A stretch of DNA of 64,000 bases from Malacoraja senta. Taxonomy: Eukaryota. Positions 13,720 through 27,316 of this stretch are shown in pieces. A model generated the notes under the pieces. It saw only the letters and a list, made by a program, of their open reading frames with translations. It did not search any database and was not told the DNA's origin. A program made the position numbers and the translations under genes. Location of the stretch: NCBI GenBank assembly GCA_038087875.1, contig CM075988.1, positions 1,922,001-1,986,000 on the forward strand, read 5' to 3'. Numbering within the stretch: the stretch's first letter is position 1; each line of letters begins with the position of its first letter.

Positions 13720-14178
13720 ACTAACTTCCCACCTCCCGGCAGGAGGGGCCGAGGCCAAAGCATCCCGAGTCGGAGCCTGCGGCCGGCCCCTGGATCGATG
13801 GAGCCCGTAGCTGGGGCCTGGGTCAGCGCCATGGAGAGGACCCAGCCACAATAGTGGAGAGGTCGGTGTGGCAGTTGATGATTGAGCCGAATGACAGACG
13901 AGGACAGACCATGTGGGATTGAGGACGCCGTTGCTGGTGGAAAGAACAAAGGAGGACATGGCGTGGAAGGTCCGCCATGAGGGAGGGGGAAAAACAATGG
14001 GGACCCAACATGGGGGGACCACCGTGAGGGGTGGAAACAAAAGGAGACCTGGCACGGATACTTAGTGACTTTGTCAGTGCCCTTTATGTAGCGATTATTT
14101 GCATACCTTGGGAACGCAAGCAAAGAATTTCACTGTGACTTGTCACATGTGATAACAAAGTATTAATTCATTCATTCC
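13720..14178 (+). mobile_element. GC-rich non-autonomous retroelement with a Rex1/Babar-type tail
   Basis: Ends agaatttcactgtgacttgtcacatgtgataacaaagt followed by (ATTC)n. It sits inside an HE1-like SINE whose pieces flank it. Confidence 0.5.
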
Positions 14179-17138
14179 TACACACATTAGGAGCAATTTA
14201 TAATTATACCATGCCAATTAGCCTAGAAACATGTACATCTGTGGAGTGTGGGACGAAACCAGAGCACCCGGAAAAAACTCACAGAGAGAACGTACAAACT
14301 CCATACAGACAGCACCCGTAGTCAGGATTGAACCCAGGTCTCTGGCACTATAAGGCAGCAACTCCACCCCTGCAGCACCATGTCGGTCTATCTAGAACCA
14401 GAACTCATCTTGAAGGCCTTTGCATACCATTCTCATTTGCCATCAGAATCCAATCCTCTCTCATTTTGCTGCTGGATCAAATCCAATCCCAGAACTCCCT
14501 AACCTTCTTTCAAATATCATCCAATTCCCCCACACCCCTACCAAAACACCCCCCTTCAATAACTACACTCTCTCACCACAAATCTTTAACTTTCTCTCAT
14601 TCCTTTGCAATTCTAAATCTCCCCACCTCTCCACCACAGCTCACTGTCTAAGGACACTAAGACTTTCTCAGTCTCATGTAAACCCTGGCCCTACCACCTC
14701 AGCTCAGCTCGGATGAAGTCTGGAAGTTGTCTTTGTACATTTCTCTCTGTGTGACAACATGTACATTTATATAAATGGAGGAGGGAAGGATCTCACCATG
14801 ATGACTCCAGAGTGTGGCGCGGCGAATCTTTACATGCAGGACCTCGAAGAGGATCTACCATCATCCAACACAACCATTGTACTCTTCCCCTGTGTGCGGC
14901 TTGATCATACTCATGTACTATGATACGAAGATAGACACAAAAGGCTGGAATAACTTAGCGGGACAGGCAGCATCTCTGGAGAGAAGGGTGAAGAAGGGTT
15001 TCCGACCGGAAACGTCACCCATTCCTTCTCTCCAGAGATGCTGCCTGTCCCGCTGAGTTACTTCAGCTTTTTGTGTCTATCTTCGGTTTAAACCAGCATC
15101 TGCAGTTCCTTCCTACACATGTTATCTAATTTAATTGGATAGCTTGTAAACAAAAGCTTATCGCTGCATCTCTGTCCAGGTGACAATAAGAAACAAATAC
15201 TAATGTCATCTCACCCATTCAACTTGTACTCTCTAGTTTAAATTTGATTTGATTAGTGAAAAATATTTTGGCATCGCTTACTATTTTGCAATCTCCTCAG
15301 CCTGCATTCCGAATGTTTCTTCTCTGAGGCACTCCCTCAAGATCCAGGATGCCTTGCTTGTGGTTCAGTTCTATGATGTGCCGATGCCACTGTGAGATGC
15401 TTCAACGTGACGTGTTTCCTGACCTGGCCCATGTTGTCCTGTAGGTGAGGGACATTGATGCGATGACCAGTGGGGTTCAGTCTCCTCTGTACAGACAGAG
15501 CACACACAGAGGCAGTCTAACCTCAAACCATGATCAGGCTCACACCATTCCTGTGCCATCACAGGGCAGAGAGCCACCTGGTCACCTGCAGGACACCAGC
15601 AGACACCTGCAGGACACCAGCAGTGCTGGGTGAGCAACAGAGGGTTCTCCGGAGGTTTTGCTGAACGCTCTGGGCCAGATGGGGGGCTTCAGACGGGTGC
15701 TGTTAGTGGGGACACCCGGAGGGGGGTGGGTGGGCAGAGACCCTGAGGAGGTCGGGCTGTGGAGGGCAGGAGCAGCTCACAGTGGAGCGAGAGCCAACTC
15801 AGTGGCTGGAGCTCAGGGGAATCAGGAGGGGCTGAAGGCAGGGACTAAGAGGGGAGGAGGTGAGTGAAGGATAGGGAGGGACACAATGAGGAAGACTGAA
15901 GGAGGGAGGGGATCACAGTGGGGGCAGGGGCTGGGGGTTTGGGTTGGAGCGAGGGGAGGGAGAGCCCAGGGATCACTCATGTACAATTCAGTGTCTCCAT
16001 TTAGGACGTCCTCACCACTGCCTTTTGCATCTTATCCAACGCTTCCATATCACAGATAGTTCACAAAAAGCTGGAGTAACTCAACAGGTCAGGCAGCGTC
16101 TTTGGAAAAAAGGAATAGGTGACGTTTCATATCACAATGTGGATGAACAAAGCGAAGAAGCCGGATCTCAACCTACTATTTGTGGAATTCCCTGCCACAG
16201 AGGGCAGTGGAGGCCAAGTCACTGGATGGGTTTAAGAGAGAGTTAGATAGAGCTCTAGGGGCTGGTGGAATCAAGGGATATGGGGAGAAGGCAGGCACGG
16301 GTTATTGATTGGGAACAATCAGCCATGATCACAATGAATGGCGGTGCTGGCTCGAAGGGCCAAATGGCCTCCTCCTGCACCTATTTTCTATGTTTCTATT
16401 GAAGCAGCACACATGCGCTTCATGAAGGGAATCATTCAAAAACCCACAAGGCAAATGTAAACTACAAACTCAAATTATTAGAAGATACATAGAAATGAAG
16501 TATTTTGCAGGCATAAAAGTAACAAAGAGAACATCAAGGAAGGTAGTGAACCATTAAAAGTTGACTCAGATAATGACAGGTAGGTGATGGACATGTAGTA
16601 TAATTACTTTGCTCCTATGTTTACCAGCACGCCTGACAAGGGGAACCTGACAAGGAAATGAGAGGAAAAAGAGCGATGAAGTCATTTGAAGTAGAAACTG
16701 ATTAATACAATTCTGAAGGTACACAAAAATGCTGGTGAAACTCAGCGGGTGCAGCAGCATCTATGGAGCGAAGGAGATAGGCAAAACCTTTTGGGTTTCA
16801 GCCCGAAACGTTGCCTATCTCCTTCACTCCATAGATGCTGCTGCACCCGCTGAATTTCTCCAGCATTTTTGTGTACCTTCGATTTTCCAGCATCTGCAGT
16901 TCCTTCTTAAACAATAAAATTCTGAAGAGCTTAAACATTTGTTCTGAATAGATAACATTGGCACTTGATGTCAAGTGATAGAGATACACTGTTGCACCTT
17001 TGCAAGGAGTTTATTACTAGAGTCTTGTGTAACACCAGGTGACTGGAGAACAGGAAATGTCACTCAATTATTTGCAGTAAGCGGGAGAACACAGAAGTAA
17101 TTAGCATAACATTGTGGTAGGAAAGATATTAGAATATA

Positions 17139-18756
17139 CAGTGGCTTGCAAAAGTATTCATACCCCTTGAACTTTTCCACATTTTGTCACATTGCAACCA
17201 CAAACGTAAATGTATTTTATTGGGATTTTTTTGTGATAGACCAACACAAAGTGGCGCATAATTGTGAAGTGGAAGGAAAATGATACATGGTTTTCAAATT
17301 TTTTTACAAAAAAAACCCTGAAAAATGTCGCGTGCAAAAGTATTCAGCCCCCTTTACTCTGATACCCCTAAATATAATCCAGTGCAACCAATTGCCTTCA
17401 GAAGTCACCTAATTAGTAAATAAAGTCCCCTTGTGTGTAATCTAATCTCAGTATAAATACAGCTGTTCTGTGAAGGCCTCAGAGGTTTGTTAGAGAACAT
17501 TAGTGAACAAACAGCATCATGAAGCCCAAGGAACACACCAGACAGGTCAGGGATAAAGTTGTGGAGAAGTTTAAAGCAGGGTTAGGTTATAAACAAATAT
17601 CCCAAGCTTTGAACATCTCACGGAGCACTGTTCAATCCATCATCCAAAAATGGAAAGAGTATGGCACAACTGCAAACCTACCAAGACATGGGCGTCCAAC
17701 TAAACAGACAGGCCAGGCAAGGAGAGCATTGTTCAGAGAAGCAGCCAAGAGGCCCATGGTAACTCTGGAGGAGCTGCAGAGATCCACAGCTCAGGTGGGA
17801 GAATCTGTCCACAGGACAACTATTAGTCGTGCACTCCACAAATCGGGCCTTTATGGAAGAGTGGCAAGAAGAAAGCCATTGTTGAAAAAAAGCCATAAGA
17901 AGTCCCGTTTGCAGTTTGCCACAAGCCATGTGGGGGACACAGCAAACATGTGGAGGAAGGTGCTCTGGTCAGATGAGATCAAAATTGAAGTTTTTGGCCT
18001 AAATGCAAAACGCTATGTGTGGCGGAAACCTAACACTGCACATCACCCTGAACACACCATCCCCACTGTGAAACATGGTGGTGGCAGCATCATGCTGTGG
18101 GGATGCTTTTCTTCAGCAGGGACAGGGAAGCTGGTCAGAGTTGATGGGAAGATGGATGGAGCCAAATACAGGGCAATCTTGGAAGAAAACCTGTTAGAGT
18201 CTGCAAAAGACTTGAGACTGGGGCGGAGGTTCACCTTCCAGCAGGACAACGACCCTAAACATACAGCCAGAGCTACAATGGAATGGTTTAGATCAAAGCA
18301 TATTCATGTGTTAGAATGGCCCAGTCAAAGTCCAGACCTAAATCCAATTGAGAATCTCTGGCAAGACTTGAAAATTGCTGTTCACAGACGCTCTCCATCC
18401 AATCTGACTGAGCTTGAGCTATTTTGCAAAGAAAAATGGGCAAAAATTTCAGTCTCTAGATGTGCAAAGCTGGTAGAGACATACCCCCAAAAGACTTGCA
18501 GCTGTAATTGCAGCGAAAGGTGGTTCTACAAAGTATTGACTCAGGGGGGCTGAATACTTTTGCACGTGACACTTTTCAGTTTTTTATTTGTAAAAAAATT
18601 TGAAAACCATGTATCATTTTCCTTCCACTTCACAATTATGCACCACTTTGTGTTGGTCTATCACATAAAATCCCAATAAAATACATTTACGTTTGAGGTT
18701 GTAACGTGACAAAATGTGGAAATGTTCAAGGGTATGAATACTTTTGCAAGCCACTG
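17139..18756 (+). mobile_element. Tc1/mariner DNA transposon, IR/DR type, Passport-like
   Basis: TA|CAGTGGCTTGCAAAAGTATTCATACCC ... GGGTATGAATACTTTTGCAAGCCACTG|TA. TIRs are about 210 bp with an inner repeat of TGCAAAAGTATTCA. TA TSD at 17137-38 and 18757-58. Confidence 0.97.
17519..18553 (+). CDS. Tc1 DD34E transposase with a +1 frameshift in the last ~20 codons
   Basis: Paired-like HTH, GRP motif, WSDE, FQQDND and SPDLNPIE (34 residues between D and E). An extra C in tacccccaaaaga diverts the expected end KRLAAVIAAKGGSTKY*, which is readable in the other frame. Confidence 0.93.
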   Translation: MKPKEHTRQVRDKVVEKFKAGLGYKQISQALNISRSTVQSIIQKWKEYGTTANLPRHGRPTKQTGQARRALFREAAKRPMVTLEELQRSTAQVGESVHRTTISRALHKSGLYGRVARRKPLLKKSHKKSRLQFATSHVGDTANMWRKVLWSDEIKIEVFGLNAKRYVWRKPNTAHHPEHTIPTVKHGGGSIMLWGCFSSAGTGKLVRVDGKMDGAKYRAILEENLLESAKDLRLGRRFTFQQDNDPKHTARATMEWFRSKHIHVLEWPSQSPDLNPIENLWQDLKIAVHRRSPSNLTELELFCKEKWAKISVSRCAKLVETYPQKTCSCNCSERWFYKVLTQGG

Positions 18757-18769
18757 TATCATCAAAACT

Positions 18770-21700
18770 GTTTCAATAAAATCATGCCAGGAATATATTA
18801 TTAAACAGATTCAAATATTTTTTGAGGTAAATGACAACCCTGACACACCTACTTCTCTTATGTGGGAAACGTTTAAAGCGTATGTTCGAGGTACATTAAT
18901 TTCTGCTCAAGCATTTTATAATAAAGAGAACAGGATTAAGCAACAAACATTGGAAAGCGAAATCAAGCAACTAGATATAGAAAATGCGAGAATGCCATCT
19001 ACTTTAAAACATAATAAAATTGTTGTATTGAAATATAAATTAAATAAAATGTATTCAGAACAAGTAATAAAACTTTATCAAAAAACCAAACAATTACATT
19101 TTGAATTTGGAGACAAACCACAAAAACTATTAGCACGTCAGTTACGAAAAATGGAAGGGGGAAAAATAATTCATAAAATTAGAACAGAGACAGGAGAATT
19201 ATTTAAAATGCCCAAGGACATAAATGATAGATTTCTCCAATACTATTATAACCTTTATTCAACTAAAACAGTAGCACAATCAGAAGGAATAGCAGATTTT
19301 TTTACTAAAATGTAATTTAAAAGGTTTAGATTCAAACGATAGAGAATTATTAGAAAGGGAGATTTCGATAAAGGATATTGAAGAGTCTATTGGTTCTTTA
19401 AAAAATGGTAAAGCAGTAGGACCAGATGGTTTAGGCTCCGAATTTTATTAAAAAAATTATGATTTGCTTTGCCCACGTTTACAAAGACTGTATGAATATA
19501 TCTATACTCAACAGAAACTTCCAGACACTTTAAATGAATCTATAATAACACTTATTCCTAAAGCTGATAAAGATCCGGAAGACCCGGGATCATACAGAGC
19601 AATTGCACTTTTAAATACAGATCAGAAAATATTAACTAAAATACTAGCGCATAGATTAAGTACAGTGATGAATAAATTAATACACCCTGACCAAACAGGC
19701 TTTATTCAGAAACGGTATTCATATTATAATCTAAGAAGATTATTTAATATTATATATTCCAAGAGAATTATTAACGAAGATCTAGCAATAATCTTACTTG
19801 ACGCTGAAAAAGCATTTGATCAGGTGGAATGGTCTTATTTATTTTCGGTGATGGAAAATATGCAGCTAGGGGAGAAATTCTGTACATGGATAAAACTGTT
19901 ATATACAAATCCCACGGCTAGAATACTTACAAACCAAAGGTTGTCATCTAAATTTAGCCTATCTAGAGGTTGTAGACAAGGATGCCCGTTATCTCCATTA
20001 TTATTTGCGCTTGCTATTGAGCCACTGGCAGAAAGAGTTAGGGGGCATCCGGAAATACATGGGTATAACACAAAGGACACAGTGAATAAAATTTCTCTAT
20101 ACGCAGATGATGTATTAATTTACATTACAAAACCAGAAATTAGTATTCCAAACTTATTAAAGCTAATAACCCAATTTGGTTCACTTTCAGGATACAGAAT
20201 AAATTGGAATAAAAGTGAAATTATGCCAATAAGGGAACATAACAAACAGATAATACAACAATTTCCATTTAAAATAGTAAATGAAAAATTTAAATATCTA
20301 GGTATTTATATAACTAAGAGATATACATCATTATTTAAAGCAAATTTCCCCCCATTACTGCACAAACTACATAAGAATATTCAATACTGGAAAACACTTC
20401 CTATCTCAATGGTTGGCAAAATTAATGCTATAAAAATGATTTTTTTACCGCAAATATTATACCTTTTTCAGACAATTCCGATATATCTGACAAAAAACGT
20501 TTTTAAAAAACTGGACTCTATTGTTAATGATTTTATCTGGGATTATAAGAATCATAGGATAAACAAAAGACACTTGTGTAAATCAAAAATAAATGGAGGC
20601 TTGGTTTTACCCAACTTTTTGTTTTATTTCTGGGCTGTTAATATTAAAAATATGAATTTCTGGTTGGAAGAAATAGATCATCAACCAAAAATGGAAAAGG
20701 AAGATTGTTTACCTTTTGATATCGGTTTGATATTATTTGCTACGTCTAAATTAAACAAAAAAAATTATAGGGAAAACCCTATAATATTTAGTGCTATACG
20801 AATTTGGAAACAATTAAAAAAGACATTAAAATTAGATAATTTATCACTTTTTCTTCCAATTGTGAATAACCCTTTGTTTAAGCCTTCATGGTTGGACGGG
20901 GGTTTTACACAATGGAAGAATTATGGAATTAAAAATATGGGACAACTTTATAAGGAAGGCACCTTTCTGACATTTCAGGAGTTGCAACAGACTTATGGAC
21001 TTCGAGGAAATGATTATTTCAGATATCTTCAACTTAGAGATTATGTAAAATCGAACTCTCAAAATTTTCGATTTAGAAATTCAGAAATTCTTGATGAATG
21101 TTGGAACAAACATCCTAATACAGAAAAATTAATATCTTATATATATAATATCTTATTAGACAGTGACATTCCTTCGACGGAATTACACAGACAAACATGG
21201 GAAAAAGAATTAAATCAAGTAATAACGAAAGATACTTGGGAAGAAAGTTTGCAACACATACATCAGTGCTCACTAAACGCCAGACATTCTCTAATACAAT
21301 TTAAAGTAATACATAGGTTACATTATTCAAAAACAAAACTACATACAATTTTTCAACATATCTCACCTATATGTGATAAATGTCAACATTTAGAAGCTAC
21401 ATTATCTCATATGTTTGCAAACTGTATAAAAATTAAAAAATTCTGGGTAAATATTTTCAGTATAATATCTAAAGTAACCGGCGCACAATTGGACCCAGAT
21501 CCAAAATTAATAATACTCGGAATATTAGAATTAAATCAAACATTTAGAACAACACAAAGAAACTTTATTGATTATAGTTTAATAACAGGAAAAAAATTAA
21601 TTCTAAAATTTTGGAAAGGCCCTACGGCCCCCACAATCAAAATGTGGATTATAGAAATGACGGAGACCTTAAACGTGGAAAGAATCAGATTTTCCCTGTT

Positions 21701-21788
21701 GGACAAACAGGAATTATTCGTAGGAACATGGTCTCCTTTTATTGATTACTTAAAGGGTCTGAATAGTTCAGCACAGGAACCTGACTAG
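18770..21788 (+). pseudogene. L1 ORF2 (RT plus C-terminal cysteine domain), frameshift near 19310 and stop near 19449
   Basis: LDAEKAFD, RGCRQGCPLSPLLF, LYADD, KYLGI, CDKC...HMFANC. The endonuclease domain is absent. Confidence 0.93.
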
Positions 21789-21891
21789 CACTCGGGCTAA
21801 AGAATGGATGAAATGCTATACTCTGAAATGTACGAATATATCTCGAATGAAGCTTTTTATTTCAATAAATTTTTCCATTCTTCTTTAACTA

Positions 21892-21924
<33 letters not shown>

Positions 21925-22150
21925 CTCTTTGTTTTTTTTATTTTTTTTTATTCTTCTTCTCTTTCTTTTCTTTCTTTACTTCATCTATCTCTTTAGTTCT
22001 ATCTAGTTAAAAAAAAAAAAAGGCAAAAGGTATTGGAGACAATGTAATAATAATTGACAATATTATCAATTTAAAAATGTTAGACTGTAATGATGTAAAT
22101 AAGTTGTGTACTTATCTCCAATAATAAAAAATATTAAAAAAAAAAAAAAA
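18770..22150 (+). mobile_element. L1-clade LINE, 5'-truncated, with T-rich 3' UTR and poly(A) tail
   Basis: ORF2 pieces 18716-19315 and 19464-21788. AATAAA near 22123 and an A-tail at 22137-22150. Confidence 0.95.
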
Positions 22151-24197
22151 TAAAGCATCCAGTTACCAAAACTAGAAGAGGAGGCACCACGGATCTTGTC
22201 TGACCAAATCCTCTGTGGAGATAACAAAGGTTATTTGCTGAGAGGTCATGGACATGAAACCTTTCTCACCACAGATGCTTCCTAACTGTTGCAGCTTCTC
22301 TGCTTTTATTTCAGAACTTCAACGTTCTCAGTATTTTAATTTGTTAACAGAAAAGACAATGGAACAATGACAATGGAACACAAAGATCTACACTGGTGTT
22401 GCTCTACATTGATGGTGTCAAAGTAGAGATGGTCAAAAGTATCACGTTCCTGGGAATGAATATCATCAGCAATTTGTTCTGCTTGGACAAAGTTGGGCCG
22501 AAGGGCTTGTTTCTACACTGTATCACTCTATAACTTGAATTTATCCATCGATAAATGATTGCACAGCAAACTCATGACTGGGGTTAGACAAGTAGAGTCA
22601 GGGAATCAACAGCATCAAACATGATGGGTCTTATGAATGGTCTCTCTTCCCCAAAGTTAACTGGTTCCTCCGTCCACAGATGCTGCTTGACTGGCTGAGT
22701 TTTTGATTCAGAATCGACACCCTGTGGGATACAAACTGGAAATATGGGTAAGCAGGTTACAGGTGGTTTCTGTGTCTGCATTAAGGACAGGCAGTGAAGT
22801 TATGCTGTTCGCCATAGATTCATACAGTAAGAAACGCCCTTCCTTCCAAAAACATCCATGCCAACCAAGATGTCCCATCTAAGCTAGTCCCATTTGCCCG
22901 TGTAAGTACCCTATCCCTCTAAACTTTCCTATCCGTGTTCCTGTCCAAATGTCTTTTAATTGTTCTTATAGTATCTGTCTCAACTGCCTCCTCTGGCAGC
23001 TCATTCCATATACCCTTCACCCTCTGATTGCAAAAGTTGCCCCTCAGTTTCCTATTAAATCTTGGCCCCCTCACTGTAATCCTATGTCCCCTACCCTGGG
23101 TAAATGACTGTGTGCATTCACCCTGTCGATTCCCCTCATGATTTTTTACACTGGAACTCAATAATTGGAAAAACATTTGCACAATTTGGTTGCAGCACCA
23201 AATGTAGGGGTACAGGTGATACGTCAAGAATGTTTAATTGCCATATGTACTGAGAGAAGAACAATGTAGATTGATTGATTCTTCTCTCCAGAGATCCTGC
23301 CTGAGTTACTCCAGCTTTTTGTGTCTATCTTTGATTGAATGATTGAAAGATACCGCAGGGGAACAATCCTTTTGGCCTACTGAGTCCACACCGACATCAC
23401 TCATTCATGCAAATTCAATGTTACGTCAGTAGGGGCAATTTACAGAAGCCAATTAACATACCAGCACGCTCATCTTCGGGATGTGGGAGGAATCCGGAGC
23501 ATCCGGAGGAAACCCACGCAGTCGTTCCACACAGACAGCACCCGAGGTCAGGATCGAACCTGGGCCTCTGGCACTGTGACACGGCAGTTCTACTGCTTCT
23601 TAAATGATTCTTAAAGAATCCCGACTCTTAAAGGAGAAATGTGAAGAGTTCAGGAGACTGCAGTTGCAAATGTTTTATTTTCAGTAAAGACAAGCGTGTG
23701 GTGGTGCCATTTGGAGAGAGAATAAGGAGATAGCATTATCTTAAATAATTCAGTTCATGGGGATAAAGTGATCTAAAAGTAATGATCCGTTAGCAAGGGC
23801 AAAAGATTGCAAACAGAGCTTTGATTCGATTTGGAAATAATTGCCAAACAGGACGAGTTTACTAAAGTTACATACATTCTGGTAAGAGCAACTGAGTACT
23901 CCACCTACATCTTGCAAAATAGTTATAGACGTATTGACGAAACCACAAACTCATTTACCAGATGATCCCAAAATCTGGTAGCAAGACTGTCAGAAAGGAT
24001 TAAATATGTGGAGAGTGAAGGGTGATGGGTCCCGACACAAAACATCCCCTATCCATGTTCTCCAGGGATGCTGCCTGATCCTCTGAGTTACCCCAGCAAC
24101 TGTGTTCTGCACTAAGTTTCTCACGCCTAAAGCTCCGTGTATCTTCAATGTTCATACTGTTGGGTTGTGGGCTGTAGATACAATGAATAACCTTGGT

Positions 24198-24406
24198 AAA
24201 CACAAAAGGCTGGAGTAACTCAGCGGGACAGGCAGAATCTCTGGAGAGAAAGAATGGGTGACGTTTTGGCTCGAGACTGAAAAAGGGTCCCGACCCAAAA
24301 CGTCACCCATTCCTTCTCTCCAGAGATGCTGCCTGTCCCGCTGAGTTACTCCAGCTTTTTGTGTCTATCTTCGGTGTAAACCAGCATCTGCAGTTCCTTC
24401 CTACAC
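24198..24406. repeat. Palindromic Penelope-like terminal-repeat insertion
   Basis: An arm of about 75 bp (aaacacaaaaggctggagtaactcagcgggacaggcag...) is followed by its reverse complement. Similar structures lie at ~14930-15118, ~16720-16912, ~30700-30899 and ~59394-59552. Confidence 0.8.
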
Positions 24407-27316
24407 AATGGCCTATTGGATCAGGTTAATGGGCAGGTGTGTTGGATGAATACATTACTTCAAATGGAACAGGAACTGGAGCACCTGCACTCCCCTCAGG
24501 CAGCTAGGGCCAGCGTGGACTGGTGTGTGCGTTACCACTTGTCAAAACAAGTGGCATTTGCTTTTCACCAGCGACATCCTCAGGGATGAGCTGCTGACTT
24601 CTCCCCTGCATCTTCTGCTCTACGAACTTTCACACAAGGTAGGGTTCTTCAGCAACTACCCTCTTTGTTAACTGGGGAGACCACAGTTCAGCATCAGAGT
24701 GGGGTTGATGAAATGGTCGGGTGAGAAAATGAATGAGGAAAGTAAATAGAGATGATTGAAGAAGCTGGGGTGAAATATGTGTCAATTCACCAACTCGACT
24801 GTGGAACAGTTTCTGTAACTGTCTTTAAGCTTGTACGGTTGCCAATTGGGTGTACATGAGTTGGGCCAAGGGGTCTGTTCTGTGCTGTATGACTCTCTGC
24901 TTCGAGTCACGGAGTCATATATAGTGCAGAACAAGCCATTCGGCCCATCTTATCCATGTCTACCAAGATGCTCCATATATGCTAGTCCCATTTGTCCTCG
25001 TTAGATGCAGATGCTTTGGGAAGTTTAGAGGGATGTGGGCCAAACAGGCAAATAGGACTAGTTTAGATAGGGAACCTTTGTCAGCATGGACGAGTTGGGC
25101 CGAAGGGCCTGTTCCGTGCAGTATGACTCTTTGACAGAAATATTTCCAATTGGTGTACCTGGCCAAATGGTGTTTAAATGTAGTTATTGCGCCAGTCTCA
25201 ACTACCTCCTCTGGCAGTTAATTCCATATACTCACCAACCCCTGTGCAAAAATGTTACCTATCAGATTTCTATTAAATATTTCCCATCTCACCTTAAATG
25301 TATGTCCTCTAGTTCCTGATTCCCCAACCCTGGGATAAAGACTATGCATTCACCATATCTATTTCCAGAATCATTTTATACACCTCTATATGATCACTCC
25401 TCAGCCTCGTACGAGCCAAGCAATAAAATCCTAGCCTATCCAGCCTATAGGGTCCGAAAACTGAGGACCTTGTGTCCTCGATAGTTTTTTCTGCACTCTT
25501 TCCAGCTTAATGTCACACAAAAGTTTCAAAACTGAACACAGATTACAAGTCTGAAGAAGGGTCCCGACATGTTCTCCAGGGATACTGCCTTGCTGCTGAG
25601 CACTTTGTATCTTTTTTTGTAAACCAGCATCTGCAGTTCCTTGTGACAACATAACATTCCACGTGCAACCTCTCCAGTGTCTTGGATAACTGCAACATAA
25701 CATCCAAACCTCTATACTCAATAACCTGACTGATGAAGGCCAATGTACCAAAACCCTTCATGACCACTCTATCTACAGTGCCTGTGACACCACTTTCAGA
25801 GAATATGCCATGTACTGCTAGATCCTTCTGCCGTACAACACTACCCAGTTCCCTACTGTCTACTGTGAAGGTCCTGCCCTGGTCCTGTACTAAAATGCAA
25901 CTCCTCGTACTTGTCTGAATTAAACTCCATTAGCCATTCCTCAGCCTACTCGCTCAACTGATCAAGATCCTGCGGTAATTCATGATAACCATCTTCGCTG
26001 TCTACGACACCACCTATTATAGTGTCATCTGTAAATTTATTAATTACGCCTTGTACAATCTCATCCAGATTGTTGATATGGATAGACACAAAATACTGGA
26101 GCAACTGAATGGGATGGGCAGCATCTCTGGAGAGAAGGAATTGGTGACGTTTTGGGTCGAGACCCTTCTTCAGACTGGTGTCAGACATTTTGTGTCTATC
26201 TTTGGTTTAAACCAGCATCTGCAGTTCCTTCCTACACGTTGTTGATATGGATGCCAAACGGCAGTGGGCCCAGCACTGAGCCTGGAGGCACACCACTAGT
26301 CTCAGGCATCCAGTCCGAAACTTTATTCTGATCATTAACCCATTAACTCGTTACGTAAACAGTACACAAAGCAATTCCGCTTTGCAAAGCATCAGTGTGG
26401 TGTGGATAGCCAACCGATTGTTTTGGAGACGTTTTGTGATGGTTCTGGAAGTTTCCGCCCATTGGCAGCTGCCTGGGTGGATCTCACTGTCAGAGACACT
26501 GAGCTGGTTGGGTTATGATGTTTAAGGGCTTTGGGCTGCCTTTCTCTAAATGCATGGCTGAGAATGCACACCCTCAAACCCCCCCCCCCGATGCGGCTCC
26601 TAAATTGACCAAGAATGTTAAGTGGAGTCTGACCTACTTGCGAGCGGAGTCAGTGGGTGCGGGAGGCAGAGGGAACTGGAGACCGTTTGCTCGCCACCCT
26701 GTAATTAGTTGTAAAGAGCATTGTCACAATTGGCTCCATTGTTCTCTCTGCCCTGTCCTGAGACACAGATGGGAATTTCCAACAGCTGTTAACAGATCGC
26801 TTTACATAAAAAATAAACTTGCTTTAACATCACAATCCGATTTTAGACAGCGTTACTTGGTTTCATTTGGAAGCTGAGTGCAAGTCCCTAATGTGTTTTC
26901 CTAGAATATTTTGAAAATGCGAACTGTGCGTTTGGAATGGTGCCTGCTTTAACCAGGATTATTGAATCTGTTTGCTGAATAGCTTAAAGGGAAGATGATT
27001 AGTTGTTTAATTTCCCACTGATATATCGCTCATTACCTATAATTGAAAACTGTCACGTTTGAAATTGCACCTCAGGCAAGGGGAACATAAAGAAGCATTT
27101 GTCTGTCTTCCTATGATTTGTTTTCAGATCTCAGCATTCGCGGGTAGATGCACAGTCAATGTTTGCAGAAGGCCTTGGGTGAGTACTCTGCTATAAAGAG
27201 CTCACAGCCTGATGCCTGCAACACACAACAGGACATGTTAACCCCTGTCCCCACAACACAATCCCACACCTTCAAGCATGGTACTTTCCAATGGTTGATC
27301 TTTCCACACCAGGGGT

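Noticed and set aside
18716..19315. Tc1-L1 fusion protein
   Set aside because: The start lies in the Tc1 right TIR at a non-ATG codon. The rest is truncated L1 ORF2.
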